From Octopus sinensis (taxonomy: Eukaryota): a stretch of DNA of 64,000 nt. A program made the translations under genes and the position numbers. The stretch lies in NCBI RefSeq assembly GCF_006345805.1, contig NC_043005.1, positions 19,592,001-19,656,000 on the forward strand, read 5' to 3'. Shown in pieces: positions 26,480 through 39,218 of the stretch (position 1 is its first letter; every line of letters starts with the position of its first letter). The notes under the pieces are model-generated. The model ran no database searches, was not told where the DNA came from, and worked only from the letters and a program-made list of their open reading frames with translations.

Positions 26480-27252
26480 TAACTTATAAACTTTTCCATA
26501 CCGGTTTCTAAATTGTTTCAAGGTAAACTCGTTGTTAATACCCTCCTTGATTTTAAGCATACAGATATGTATGTTGGTTTGTAGTTTATATTTTGCTATT
26601 AACAAAGATTCCGTAATTGAACACTTCGTTTACTCTGTGTATGCGTGTGCGTGCGCGCGCGCCTGTGTGCCTCTGTGCGTGTGTGTGAGCGTGTATAATT
26701 CCATATAGAATGGTAATGCTACCAAATCTCAGCACACAGATAGATCGCACGTGAAGCAAACAAGGAAAAGATCCAGAAGTTTACAGTTAGACAGTTCTAA
26801 ATCTGGCGATGACGATTTTATCACTTGTAACATCACCGCCATGATTATTTGTTACCAACAGCTAAATACGAGAGCAACATGCTTCTATCACTAAATCATT
26901 TCACTGATGACAGCGATACGGTGTTAAATCATTAATGAACTTAAAAATCAGAAAGAAGTGCAGCTGTTTCGACCCCATTTAAATCTCATCAAGAATGGTT
27001 TAATAATAAATATTTCTGGTACATGCACGAAGTCAGAAAGGGGTAGGTTTAGTGTTTTAACGTCGACCTAAGGGCAAGGTTGGTAATTATTTTATTGTCC
27101 CCGATATAGTTTGTACTCATTACATAAATAGAAGTTACTACATACCATCAACACTTCACAACGAAGGAAAATCTATGTGCTCATTTGATGTGTTAAAAAT
27201 AGCAGCCACCATCACTTTCTATTGTCTTTTAAAATATGAGAAATGGATAATA

Positions 27253-28301
27253 CTAGCAAACTTACCCATCTACTATGGATGATAAGAGCAGGATGCAAAT
27301 CGAGACAATTTAAGTTGTAGTGTACTTATTTTTATTCATTATATTGGATAGTGCCAAACTATATTGTGTACCTTATTGAACAATATATATATGTAAACAT
27401 TTACATAACACATTCATGGTGCTATCTTTACAAAACATCTTTGTAAACAATATTCTCCGTTTGTCCACAACTAAGTTTCAAATTAGCTGGCCGCGTGTGA
27501 ACATACGAGAGGGCAGAAACACACCGACGCGATCCAAAGTCTGGCCCTGAGACTTGTTGGCCGTAAAGGGGAAGGCTGATTTGAGAGGAAACTGCCTGCG
27601 TCGTAACTGAAATGGAAACTGATTATCTGAAGGCATCAGAGGTATCCGAGGTATACACAAAAGTTTGTCAGTGTGAGGACCAGTTGCTATCACTGCTTCG
27701 ATGACGTGAGAGTTAAGTTCCGTAACAGTGTATCCTCTTCTGTTGCAATGTCCATTAGCTGGGTCAAAATTCCGAAGCAACATAATCGGACAACCGTTCT
27801 TCAAAGTTATTTTGTGTACTGGTAGTCCTGATGGAGAAAAATCTTTTGTTACATTTTAATTAACGTGTAATATAATGCACGCATATCATGTCATTCACTG
27901 TTTTATACATCGTAGTTTGGACTGATCACTGCGAGAGAAAGTAGGCCTCTCTATTCCTCTTACAAACCTTAACTCCAGATGCCAAATTTGCCTCAATTGG
28001 TGGTATTACTTGGGTAGTGGATGGTGGTGGACAGGGACAGAGCCAGAAGGAGGAGGTCAAGCATGTCTCTTTAGGAGGGTATAGGCCACCCTATTCCTTC
28101 TGCCAATGTTACCTCTGGGTGCCAAAGTTACCTCAATTGATGGAATTTCTCTGAAAATAGGGTGTGGAGAGGGACTAAACCTATATATAAACCACCCTGG
28201 AGACCCCCCAAACACCCCTACAAAGTTTCATGCCGATTGGCCCAACCGTTTGGCCGTGACGTGAGTACAGACGGACGGACATTACACTCATTATAGTATG
28301 A
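27253..28301 (-). mobile_element. About 1.05-kb internally deleted Helitron retaining the PIF1 helicase C-terminus
   Basis: Minus strand: A|TC at 28301 followed by gtccgtccgtctg...tcacggccaaacgg (typical Helitron 5' end); CTAG|T at 27256-27253 preceded by decayed hairpin tccat-agtag-atggg. Confidence 0.8.
27428..27841 (-). pseudogene. Helitron RepHel PIF1-type helicase C-terminal fragment
   Basis: SPSGLPVHKITLKNGCPIMLLRNFDPANGHCN...IPRIPLMPSDNQFPFQLRRRQFPLKSAFPFTANKSQGQTLDRVGVFL...TENIVYKDVL-stop. Confidence 0.9.
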
Positions 28302-28814
28302 TAGTGGGAAATATATTGTCTATAAAGAAGGCGTGACCGCGGAGAGAATGCTTCTGATCAAGGCTCGCTGGAGCACGATTTATCTAGTCTTAAACAACGA
28401 CAACAATAATGTATATTAAATCATTTAAGATTGCTTTTTAATGATTCTGCTACTCTATTGCTTTATACTGTCCTATGATTTCTAATTTTAGCATCAAGCT
28501 AAAAATTTGGTGGAAAAGCACAATGGAGTGAATCGATCCTATTATATGATTGATGCTCTAATTATAATCTCTCTTTTGGGAGGATGGAAGGGTAAAGTCG
28601 AGTTTGGTGAAATTTGGACACGGAAATAAAAGAACTTAATCATAATTCGCTATAATATTTATGTCATCCGGCTCTGTATCATTGATATAATGCATTCAAT
28701 AATTTCAATTATACATCACTCATATAATTGTGTGTGTATTACCATTGTTTTTCAGTTATTGCTAACAAAGAAGCAAAGCATTATCCCTGGTGCTTAAATA
28801 TCGATAACACTAAT

Positions 28815-29672
28815 TACGAGGTGGTATCAAAAAGTTTCCGGACAAATTATGTTTAATAAAAAAAAAAATTATTTACCTAAGTTTTAACATCATCCCCTTC
28901 GAAATAATCACCTTGTGCAGCAATACACCGGTCCCAGCGCTCCTTCCAAATTTTGGAATCGGCCTGGAAATCGTTTTCCGTAAGCAAGCCGAGGACCTTC
29001 TGCGATTCGCTGTTGTTCTCGACAATGATGTTAAAACGGCGACCTTTGAACTGAATTTTCGCCTTGGAGGAAGAGATGGAAGTTCGCAGATTCTAAATCT
29101 AGTGAATAGGGCGGGTACAGAAGCGATGCCATGTTGTTCTTAGCGAGAAACTAACGAGTAAGAAGAGCTCGGTGACAGGGTGCATTGGCATCATAAAGAA
29201 TCCAATTCTTCGCGCTCCACAGACCCGATCGCTTTCGCCGAATGTTGTCCCTCAAATACTTCAAAACGTCGCAGTAGAACTCTCGTTTGACGGTCGGGCC
29301 CTGGGGGACGAATTCGCGATGCACAATTCCGTGGATGTCAAAAACAACGATTGAGCTGCGGCTCTGTCGTGCGACCATGCCACTCGAAACATTGCATACG
29401 ACCCTTTTTCTCTTTGCCATAAGCTTGCCGAAGCATACTCTATGTCTCTGTAGCAAACTTCTCAACTTCCTGTCCATGACAAAAATTGCAGACTACAGTG
29501 CACACGTGATCACAAAAGCACAAATTTCATAATTTGCGAAGTAAACACAGCAATGTCACTCGGTTCACTCTCATGAACGTCACTGCTAGCTCTCACTGCG
29601 TATTCGACTGTGTGTTGCCATCTGTTGGCGCATTACAGAACTAGCCCGGGAACTTTTTGTTACCACAAAGTA
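28815..29672 (-). mobile_element. Internally deleted mariner with both TIRs and TA flanks
   Basis: TA-cgaggtggtatcaaaaagtttccgg versus reverse complement of right end TA-ctttgtggtaacaaaaagttcccgg; remnants FATET*SMLRQAYG...CFEWHGR, VFDIHGIVHREFVPQGPTV, WILYDANAPCHRA, YSLDL. Confidence 0.88.
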
Positions 29673-30649
29673 CATATCGAACTTTAAAGAAGTAAAGTAT
29701 TGTACATTTTTATTGTTCCACTTTTATTTGCAAAACACACTTTAGCTGGTAATTTTTTTTTTTCGTCTGAAAAACCCACTTGTCTTAGGATCACTACCTA
29801 GACATTTGGTAGTTTAATCAAGAGCGCTAATTTGAATACATCATTAATTTGTAATCTGGTGAGAAGTTGTGAGTTTCGTAGCAGCTGTCTGCAAATAGTC
29901 TCTTCAAATAAATTTTGACATCCGCAAGGCAGTTAATCTCAATAAAGTACATATTTTTTATTTACCGTCCCAAACAACTATATCAGGATTATTATGTATG
30001 TATTAATGTATCTATGTACGTGCGTTCGTATGTATGTATATGTATGTCTTACGTACGCATGTATCGCGCGCACATCTGAGTGTGTGTATGTGTGTGTGCG
30101 TGTGAAACTTTTTCTAGATTTTTTAAAGAAAAATCGAAACTTAGAAAATAGGGAAAAGCGAAAAGAATACAAGAAAAAACATACGGAATAATATTTAAAC
30201 GTTTATACGTTTATAATATCAAAGTAAAATCTAAAGTTATAAATAACGAAATGTTTTCATCGTTTCATTTACTTTCATTGATATAGTAAACAATCAATAT
30301 TTTCTGAGGTTTTGCAAAACTATAATAACTGTAATGATATTGTCGTAACGACATAAGTTAGACTGGCGACCGCAAGTGACAAAGAGGTGAATCTAAGTTT
30401 AAGAATGGAGACAGAAAGTAAGAGAGGTGGTTGTCGCATTGAAAGGGGACTATAAAGAATGAGCTGTGGGTTTTGAGCAAAAATATCGTTCAAACACGAA
30501 CAATAGGACCGGCATGACAATTAAGATATTTCGAAATTGCAGTCTTTTACAATTTTATATCATCAAAGACGTTGCTTAGAGTTTCGGTTACATATATAGA
30601 TATACTTACTTTACTATCAATAAATATATGTATATGTACGTATTTATGC

Positions 30650-30900
30650 ATTACATGTGTATACATACATACATACATATATACATACATACGTACATAC
30701 ATACATACATACATGCATACGTACATACATACATACATACATGCATACGTACATACATACGTACGTACGTACATACATACATACACACATACATACATAC
30801 ATACATACATACACACATACATACATACATGCATACATACATACACACATACATACATACATACATACATACATACATACATACATACACACACGCACAC
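30650..30900. repeat. (CATA)n microsatellite; similar tracts at 8636-8685, 21425-21525, 25580-25790, 32750-32850
   Basis: Read directly. Confidence 0.95.
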
Positions 30901-31209
30901 TCACACACGCAGACAACATATACATACTGAACTACAAAGGAAACGTCGCACTGTAAAAGATTATCTATTTCACACACGATATTGAGATTATATAGATTTT
31001 ATCACATTTCTAGGTAATTTGACAGATGTCACTGACCCACAACACCATTCTCATTTGAAATCATAAGGATTGCATGTAGGGTTCGAACACACTCACTTTT
31101 CCTGAACATGGCAATGCTCGCGAATGCATCTTTATGAAAAGTATGATGCAAGCACAAATGGTTGACTTATTGGGTATAAAAGGCACCCAAATTTACCAGC
31201 CTCTCATTC

Positions 31210-32230
31210 GTTTCCTGAATGAAACGAAATTAGAGGGAGCAAATCATCGGACGTCTCCACGTTGGTTAACGTCCACAGGTCATTGCTAATGACTTGAACT
31301 GCAGTATTCGGACAACTGAGTGACCGAGTTAACGATACAATGTCACAAACAGCACGGATGATCGTCCACGCAGTGGCCGACCGAGGGTTACAATGGCACG
31401 TCAAGATCGCCACCTGCACCGGCAGCACTTGCAGGACCGATTCCGGATGGCAACGGAATCAGCTCAGCAAAGAAAAAGGACTCACTACAGACACATTTGT
31501 GCAGACAGTTAGCCGCCAGCTGAGATCTTTCAATGTCTTGTCGACGTCCGTCTAGGGGCCCCATCCTCACAGACTGTCATCGACGGGCACATCTGCAGTG
31601 TGTTCAAAAACGTCAGAATTGGCAATCAACAGTGGAGGTTTGTAGTCTTCTCTGACGAAAGGCGATATTGTATTTCTATGACAGATGGCAGAGCTAAGGT
31701 TTGGAAAAGAAGGGGTGGACGTCATGCTGATGACTTTGTGGTGGACAGAGACTCATAGGGAAGACAGAGCATCAAGGAATGGGACGGGATTGCACTCGAT
31801 CAGAAACTTGGACTGGTGGTCTTCCAAAACATCGGCCAAGGCCGAGACAATAGAGTAACCTCTTCTCACTACATCGACCAAGTGTTGTGGCCTCACATTG
31901 TGTCATACTTTGCCCGTCATCGGAATTACGTGTTGCAACACGATAACGCCCGTGCCCATACTGCCAAGTTGACAACAGACTTCCTCCAAGAGCACACCAT
32001 CCAGACACTGCCATGGCCCGCCCAAAGAGTCCAGACTTGAACTCCATAGAACAACTGTCGGATGAAATCCAAAGAAGGCTAAATGACATCCATCCAATGC
32101 CGACAACTGCAACACATCTCACTGCAAGTTTTAACAGAATGTAGGCTGCTATCACCGTGGCCTTCATCAATCGTTTGATGTATTCAGTGTACAAATGCCT
32201 GACTGTAATCAACGCTAATGAGATATTGAG
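31210..32230 (+). pseudogene. Degraded Tc1-like transposase
   Basis: REQIIGRLHVG...DDRPRSGRPRVTMARQDRHL; VFSDERRY; VLQHDNARAHTA; LPWPA; AFINRLM; multiple stops and frameshifts; TIRs not identified. Confidence 0.85.
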
Positions 32231-32322
32231 TTCATCACTTCGGATCCAGGACCTCTGTTAATAAATCGGTTTCTAGTTAGCATGCGTTCGACGTTTCTTT
32301 TGTGGTTTAGTTTATATGTATA

Positions 32323-32366
<44 letters not shown>

Positions 32367-32397
32367 GCATCTATATATATGTATGTATATATATATG

Positions 32398-32492
<95 letters not shown>

Positions 32493-32495
<3 letters not shown>

Positions 32496-32677
32496 AAGAA
32501 TTCACGAAAAAAACAAAAACGAAGACAGGTGGTGTAGAAAACAAACAGATGTGTTAGTATAACGCTCGGGAATTGAAAAAGTCTTTTACGTTTCGAGGCT
32601 ATGTTCTTCCACAGAAAGGAACGCAGAAAGAAACAAGGAGAGAAAAAAAATGTGGCTGCCGATCTATCATGGCGACT
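32493..32677 (-). mobile_element. About 190-bp hammerhead-bearing short element between TA tracts (degraded motif 32583-32618)
   Basis: Minus strand cttt-CTGTGGA-A-gaac-atag-cctc-GAAAC-GTA-aaag; stem II damaged; homologous to 8976 and 16316. Confidence 0.7.
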
Positions 32678-32766
32678 ATATATATATATAATGTGTGTGT
32701 GTGTGTGTGTGTGTGCGTGTGTGTGTGTGTGTGTGTGTCTATTATGTACGTACGTATGTATGTATG

Positions 32767-32797
<31 letters not shown>

Positions 32798-33342
32798 GTA
32801 TGTAAGTATGTATGTATGTATGAATGTATGTATGTATATATGTATGTATGTATATTCGCTATTATTAGCAATAGATCAGTATAAGTTCAAAGTAGCATTC
32901 TGGATATTATTCATAATACAGATATACTGTTGAAAGCTTGATAACTGCGATATTCATCTCGTGAAAGCATCTCGCATAGATGTATGGACCTAAAAAAACA
33001 CCGAAATATATCAAAAAGTGTCTAGCAGGGATAGTGGAATTGCTAAACTACTCATTGTAAACTGCAAAAGACAATTCTTTATTGATTAACAGATATGGGC
33101 ACTGATCAGCAAACGAGCTGTTTATAAACAAAGCCAGTGGCTTATTTAGGTTCAAAGTTGTGGGTATTTCTAGCTGACGAGATATAAAATGTTGAAACAC
33201 CAGTGTCCCAGAATCCCCTGCACTAATGAGGCAAGCGTGTTATGTACACACTATCGTCGCAAAAGGGAAATATTTTTCTTCAGTGGCGTACACAATAGTG
33301 ACAAGCTTATCTGCGTTCGAATCTACAGGAAAGTGTTAATAT

Positions 33343-33862
33343 TACCAGGTTGAGTTACAAGTTTTTCGGATTTTCACTGATGATTTTTGGCACCTTAGCA
33401 AGTTGCCAAAAATCATCATTGGTTAGATGCAACTTGTTGTCCAATCATTGTTGAATTGTTTATTCTTTATTTACATACATAACATATGAAAATTAATTAT
33501 TTATTCTTTATTTTAAAGCTTTGATAAAGTGTGGGGAAAAAATTACAATTAGAGCCATTTTAGGCTACCTGTAGAAAAAGGACTGACTGTCAAGGCAACA
33601 GCAAAAGAAATTAATGATGAGGAAGGCCTAGGAACTGTCAATAAATGTGTTGCACAAAACTGGTTCAGATGCTTAAAGAATGTGACACTAGTCTCGAAGA
33701 CAAACCAAGAGCAGGACGAACTTCTGTTGTGGAAGATGAGGCCTTGCATGAAATGGTTGAACAACAACCGAGCACAAGCGCTCGTACATTGTCGGCAGAA
33801 CTTGGTCCTCCACAAAGCACCATCATCAACATCTCCATAAGCTTGACTTTGTGAACAGAGGC
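33343..33862 (+). pseudogene. Mariner 5' fragment (left TIR and N-terminal HTH region)
   Basis: TA-ccaggttgagttacaagtt TIR-like start; IRAILGYL*KKGLTVKATAKEIND...VAQNWFR...SLEDKPRAGRTS...SARTLSAELG. Confidence 0.75.
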
Positions 33863-33960
33863 TATAGAGAAGCTCCTCGTAAACAAACCAACAACGATTA
33901 CCAAGCGGTGGTGTGGGAGACAACTGCAAACGCATACAGACATATATACACACATAATAC

Positions 33961-33997
<37 letters not shown>

Positions 33998-33998
<1 letters not shown>

Positions 33999-34183
33999 TC
34001 TTTACTCTTTTACTTGTTTCAGTCATTTGACTGTGGCCATGCTGGAACACCGCCTTTAGTCGAGAAAATCGACCCCAGGACTTATTCTATGTAAGCCTAG
34101 TACTTATTCGATCGGTCCTTTTTGCCGAACCGCTAATCGATGTTGGGGGGAAAAAACACAGACACACAAACATATACACACAC

Positions 34184-34223
<40 letters not shown>

Positions 34224-34379
34224 GACGGTCTTCTTTCAGTTTCTTTCTACCAAATCCACTCACAAGGCTTTGGTCGGCCCGAAGCTATAGTAGAAGACAC
34301 TTGACCACAGTGCCACGCAGTGGGACTGAACCCGGAACGATGTAGTTGGTAAGCAAGCTACTTATCACACACCCTCGCC

Positions 34380-34380
<1 letters not shown>
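33998..34380 (-). mobile_element. Full-length tRNA-SINE family A
   Basis: Reverse complement of 4340-4716 from tail (ttttacttgtttcagtcatttgac) to head. Confidence 0.85.
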
Positions 34381-34447
<67 letters not shown>

Positions 34448-35400
34448 TTCACACACATGTATACACGTGTACATATATATATGTGTGCTTGCGCGAGTGT
34501 GTGTATTTAATCTTTTTATTTATATTATTTTGTTTTTTTGCTTTATCAGACTTTAGACACTACCGACCATAATCATTTAGAGATTTTGTGGGGTTACACA
34601 ACTCAATCACAGGAGTGAGGCCAGCACGCACGTCACTGATCAGAGGTTCGGGAGAACTGGTGAGTTAAGGAAGAAATTATCCCATGAGCAGAAATCTGGC
34701 TAACAGCTTGCAGCAGAGTGGACTCTGCTAAAGACGTCCTACGACTAACAAGTAGTTTAAAACGATGTCTTTCGTTGCGGAAACTCCGGCAGTAATATCG
34801 GAGAGGGAGGAAGGTACCAATGGGCGAGACATAAACCATCAAACATCAGACTAAATGTGTTACAGCTTCTCATTTCTTTGTTTCTATATTCAGAGTTCAA
34901 ATCCTGCACCGGTCGACTTCGCCTTGTATTACTTCACGATCGATCAAACATATATCAGTGATATCGAAATTGTTTTGATCTTTAGTCGACAGTTAATGAA
35001 GCGGGAACGATTCGTATTCTTGTTTTCGTCTCTTTTTGTCCAATACGTTTTACTTGTCGTCTGTACTTAATTTTCCTGATGATTGCATCACTTTTTCTGA
35101 TCTTCCTTCATAAATAGAAAAGAGAAAAAGAGAAGACATTAACCAATGTTATTATTATTGTTATCATCACTATTGAGGAACGTGCGTGGACTAGCGGTTA
35201 GGGTTTTCAACTCATTAACATAGGGCCACAGTTTAACTTTCTAGACCGGGCGGCATGTTGTGTCTTTGAGCATGGCCCTATATTTCATTTTGTTCTAATC
35301 AGCTTAACTGTATTTAATACCAGCAAGGTATTGGCGCAACTCCTCGCTCCAGAAATCACATCTTGGATATTCTACAGGGTCAAAGGAAAGGGGCTCCAGA

Positions 35401-35441
<41 letters not shown>

Positions 35442-36612
35442 CGTGTGTATGTCTGCCCGTGGATACACAGACACCTAAAACAGTGAAATCATGGTACACG
35501 TTACTAAACCATACTCGTTCACGAGTGGCGGCTGACTGCATATCATTGCTATTATTCCCTCGAGACTACAGTTTCGATTTCTATCGGAAGATATTTCTCT
35601 TCATTTCCGAGGTTTAATACTCTGTTTACTTAATAATACACTGCTTGCTTAGTTTCTTCTAAAGCCTCAGAGATCTCAGCTCATTCCTAAGGATGTTTGT
35701 ATTTTTCATTCATATAAGACTCAATCAATAGTTGTTTTGATTTAAAGACGAACACTATAAACCAAGATATATACGCTCTCTTCTGGAAAACCAAGACTTT
35801 GATGTGGTTTTCTCCCTATGACTCGATCGAAGAGGTTTCATTCACTCAGTTAATATCCTCAAAAAATATATGAATGTCACAGCCTTCATTGCTTTTCCTT
35901 CACATAAACCGCCGTGCCTTACTGGTTTAAGGGGCGAGAAAACAGAGCAGCAATATTTTCATAAAAACACACATACACACGCGCGCGCACACACACACAC
36001 ATAATAAATTTTCATTTTTCCCTTGTACTGAGATCAATTTCTGTGGTTTGAGTTACATTTTTATCCTTCATGAGACTGTCATTAAATAGAGATCAATCAA
36101 TTTATTTAGCTCTTCCTTCCCCCCACTGCATCGATATAAACGACTGCTCCTTAATAATTAAGAAAATAATATATGTACGACTAAAGCCGTGTCTGCAGCT
36201 GGTTTAGCAGGTAACCTGCTCTGTCAGGTGAATAAATTAATATATATATTTCTGTTGATTCTGCCAAATGTTCTATGGCAAGAGAGAGATGTCTTGCTGT
36301 GATTCAGTAAGTCATTTTCTGCTTAATTTTTTTTTTCTTTTCAGAGAAACATTTTGCCAGAGTCAACAGAAATTATTAGCAATTTTTTTCCACTGACAAT
36401 GCTCATAAATGTCATGTAATATATTGTGCAAAAAACAGCAAGTGCAATGGGGTGGGGGAAGAGCAATGTGCTTGTCGAAATTCCTGTAGTTTTTCTTAAT
36501 ATTTCACCTAGCTAATTTGGAATACACATACTTACTTCCGTATATATATGTATATATGTATATATGCATGCATGGATATAATATATGTATATATATATAT
36601 ATATATATGTAG

Positions 36613-36651
<39 letters not shown>

Positions 36652-36686
36652 CATATATATGTGTATATGTATATATATATGTATAT

Positions 36687-36826
<140 letters not shown>

Positions 36827-37033
36827 CGTATATATGTATGCATGTATGCGTGTGCGTTTATAAACATATGCACATACATATGTATATATACATGTATATA
36901 ACTAAAAAGATATATATGTCTGTATATTTGCGTGCGCGCGCGCGTGTGTGTTGCAAATGAGTCAGATAAAATATTGAGGTGCAGAAAAGAAAAACAAAGG
37001 CAAAAAGAGAAACAAAAGTAGTCTACTTCTCAT

Positions 37034-37083
<50 letters not shown>

Positions 37084-37577
37084 GCTGCTGCTGTTGCTGC
37101 TGCTACAGGCGTCGTTGCTCATGTCTGCTCTGATCTTTATTGTCTTTTCCTGTGTGTAGTTTACCAATCGCCACATTATTCAACGTCATTTTTATAAGAC
37201 GTCGGAGGTGTGAATTGAGGAAGATTTGGCTACTATTTATAGCAGATCAGTTGTCCTTAGTCGGTTCGTAAATATATTTATCGCGCCTTTGTATAATGTA
37301 TGATGAAGACGCTGGAGAGAAGAGAGAAAGAAGAATTCTTCCTCAAACCAGCTCACCTCCTTGCGTTTTATTTGCATCTGCTGAAGTTTAAGGAAAGTGG
37401 AGAGAGGCCAAAATGGAGAGGCTGTCAGTGGCTGGTGTCTTGCTTCCCGCTCTGTCTTCTGCTCTTGACCTAAGGTCAGAGCACTCACCATTTAAATAGA
37501 GGAATGTAATGAGCTGCCAGTAAGTTGTTGCTGTCGTTGTTATTATTATTGTTGTTGTTGTTATTGTTGATCATTTA

Positions 37578-37966
37578 TCTTTTAGCTTTTACTTGTTTCA
37601 GTCATTAGACTGCGGCCATGCTGGGGCACAGCCTTGAAGAATTTTTTAGTCGAATGAATCGACATCAATAATTAATTTTTTTTTAAAGCCACGTACTTAT
37701 TCTACTGGCCTTTTTGTTTTTTGCCAAATCGCTAGTTTACGGGGATGTAAACACACAAACACAGGCTGTCAAAACACAAAGACACACACACGCACATACA
37801 CATACACACAAATACACATACACATATATATATACGATGGGCTTCTTTCAGTTTCCGTCTACGAAATCCACTCACAATGCTCCGGTTGGCGTTATGCTAT
37901 AGTATAAGACACTTACCCAGTTGCCACGCAATGACATTGAACCCGGAACCATATGGTTGGGAACCA
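37578..37966 (-). mobile_element. tRNA-SINE family A
   Basis: Same tail, body and head as 33998-34380, more diverged. Confidence 0.8.
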
Positions 37967-38144
37967 GTTTATATTATTGTTGTAGTTGATGTTGAATGAA
38001 TCTATGAAAGAGGTTCTGTTATTGGCTCAGGAGTAGGTAACAGTGTATGACTGCACTGAAATCATGGATGAAGGATTCGTTGGCTTTTATTGCGGCGTTC
38101 AGTTGCAAGTTCGATGACTTTATGAATAGAGACGTGAGAAATAT

Positions 38145-39218
38145 TCATTTCTACTCTAGGTACAAGGCTCGAATTTTTTGGGGAGGTTGCCAGTCGATTA
38201 GATCGACTCCAGTATGCAACAGGTGCTTAATTTATCGACCCCGAAAGGATAAAAGGTAAAGTCGACCTCGGCGGAATTTGAACTAAGAACGTAATGACAG
38301 ACGAAATACCTATTTCTTTACTACTCACAAGGGGCTAAACACAGAGAGGACAAACAAGGACAGACAAACGGATTAAGTCGATTATATCGACTCCAGTGCA
38401 TAACTGGTACTTATTTAATCGACCCCGAAAGGATGAAAGGCAAAGTCGGCCTCGGCGGAATTTGAACTCAGAACGTAACAGCAAACGAAATACCGCTAAG
38501 CATTTCGCCCGGCGTGAGAACATTTCTTATTTCTTTATTGCCCACAAGGGGATAAACATAGAGGGGATAAACAAGGACAGACAAAGGGATTAAGTCGATT
38601 ACATCGACCCCAGTGCGTAACTGGTGCTTAATTTATCGACCCCAAAAGGATGAAAGGCAAAGTCGACCTCAGCGGAATTTGAACTCAGAACGTAACAGCA
38701 AACGAAATACCGTTAAGCATTTCGCCTGGCATACTAACGTTTCTGCCAGCTCGCCGCCTTATGACGAGGGAAATATTGGTTTCAAACTTTGTCACAAGGC
38801 CAGTAATTTCGGAGTACGAAGTAAGTCGATTATATCGACCCCGTTCCTCTACTAGCACTTATTTTATCAACCCCGAGAGGATGAAAGGTAAAGTCGACCT
38901 CGGCGGAATTTGAATTCAGAATGTAAATACGGACGAAATGCCGCTAAGCATTTTGCCCAGCGTACTAACGATTCTGCCAGCTCACCACTTTAGAAATGGA
39001 AGTATTGATTTCAAATTTTGGCACAAGGCCAGCAAGTGCATGAGCAGGGATAAGTCGATTACATCGACCCCAGTAATCAACTGGTACTTATTTTATCGAT
39101 CTTGAAAGGATGAAAGGCAAATTCTACCTTGGCGAAATTTGAACTCAGAATGTAACGACGTACGAAATACCGTTAAGCATTTTGTCCGGCGTGCTAACGA
39201 GTCTGCCAGCTCGCCGCC
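38145..39218 (-). mobile_element. Head-to-tail array of five tRNA-SINE family B copies
   Basis: Core atcgaccccgaaaggatgaaaggcaaagtcgacctcggcggaatttgaactc recurs five times; the first two are 5'-truncated, the last three end in ctgccagctc(g/a)cc. Confidence 0.88.

Noticed and set aside
36310-36350. GTAAGT donor followed by a polypyrimidine-CAG acceptor
   Set aside because: They are under 40 nt apart, too short for a normal intron, and the flanks have no convincing ORF
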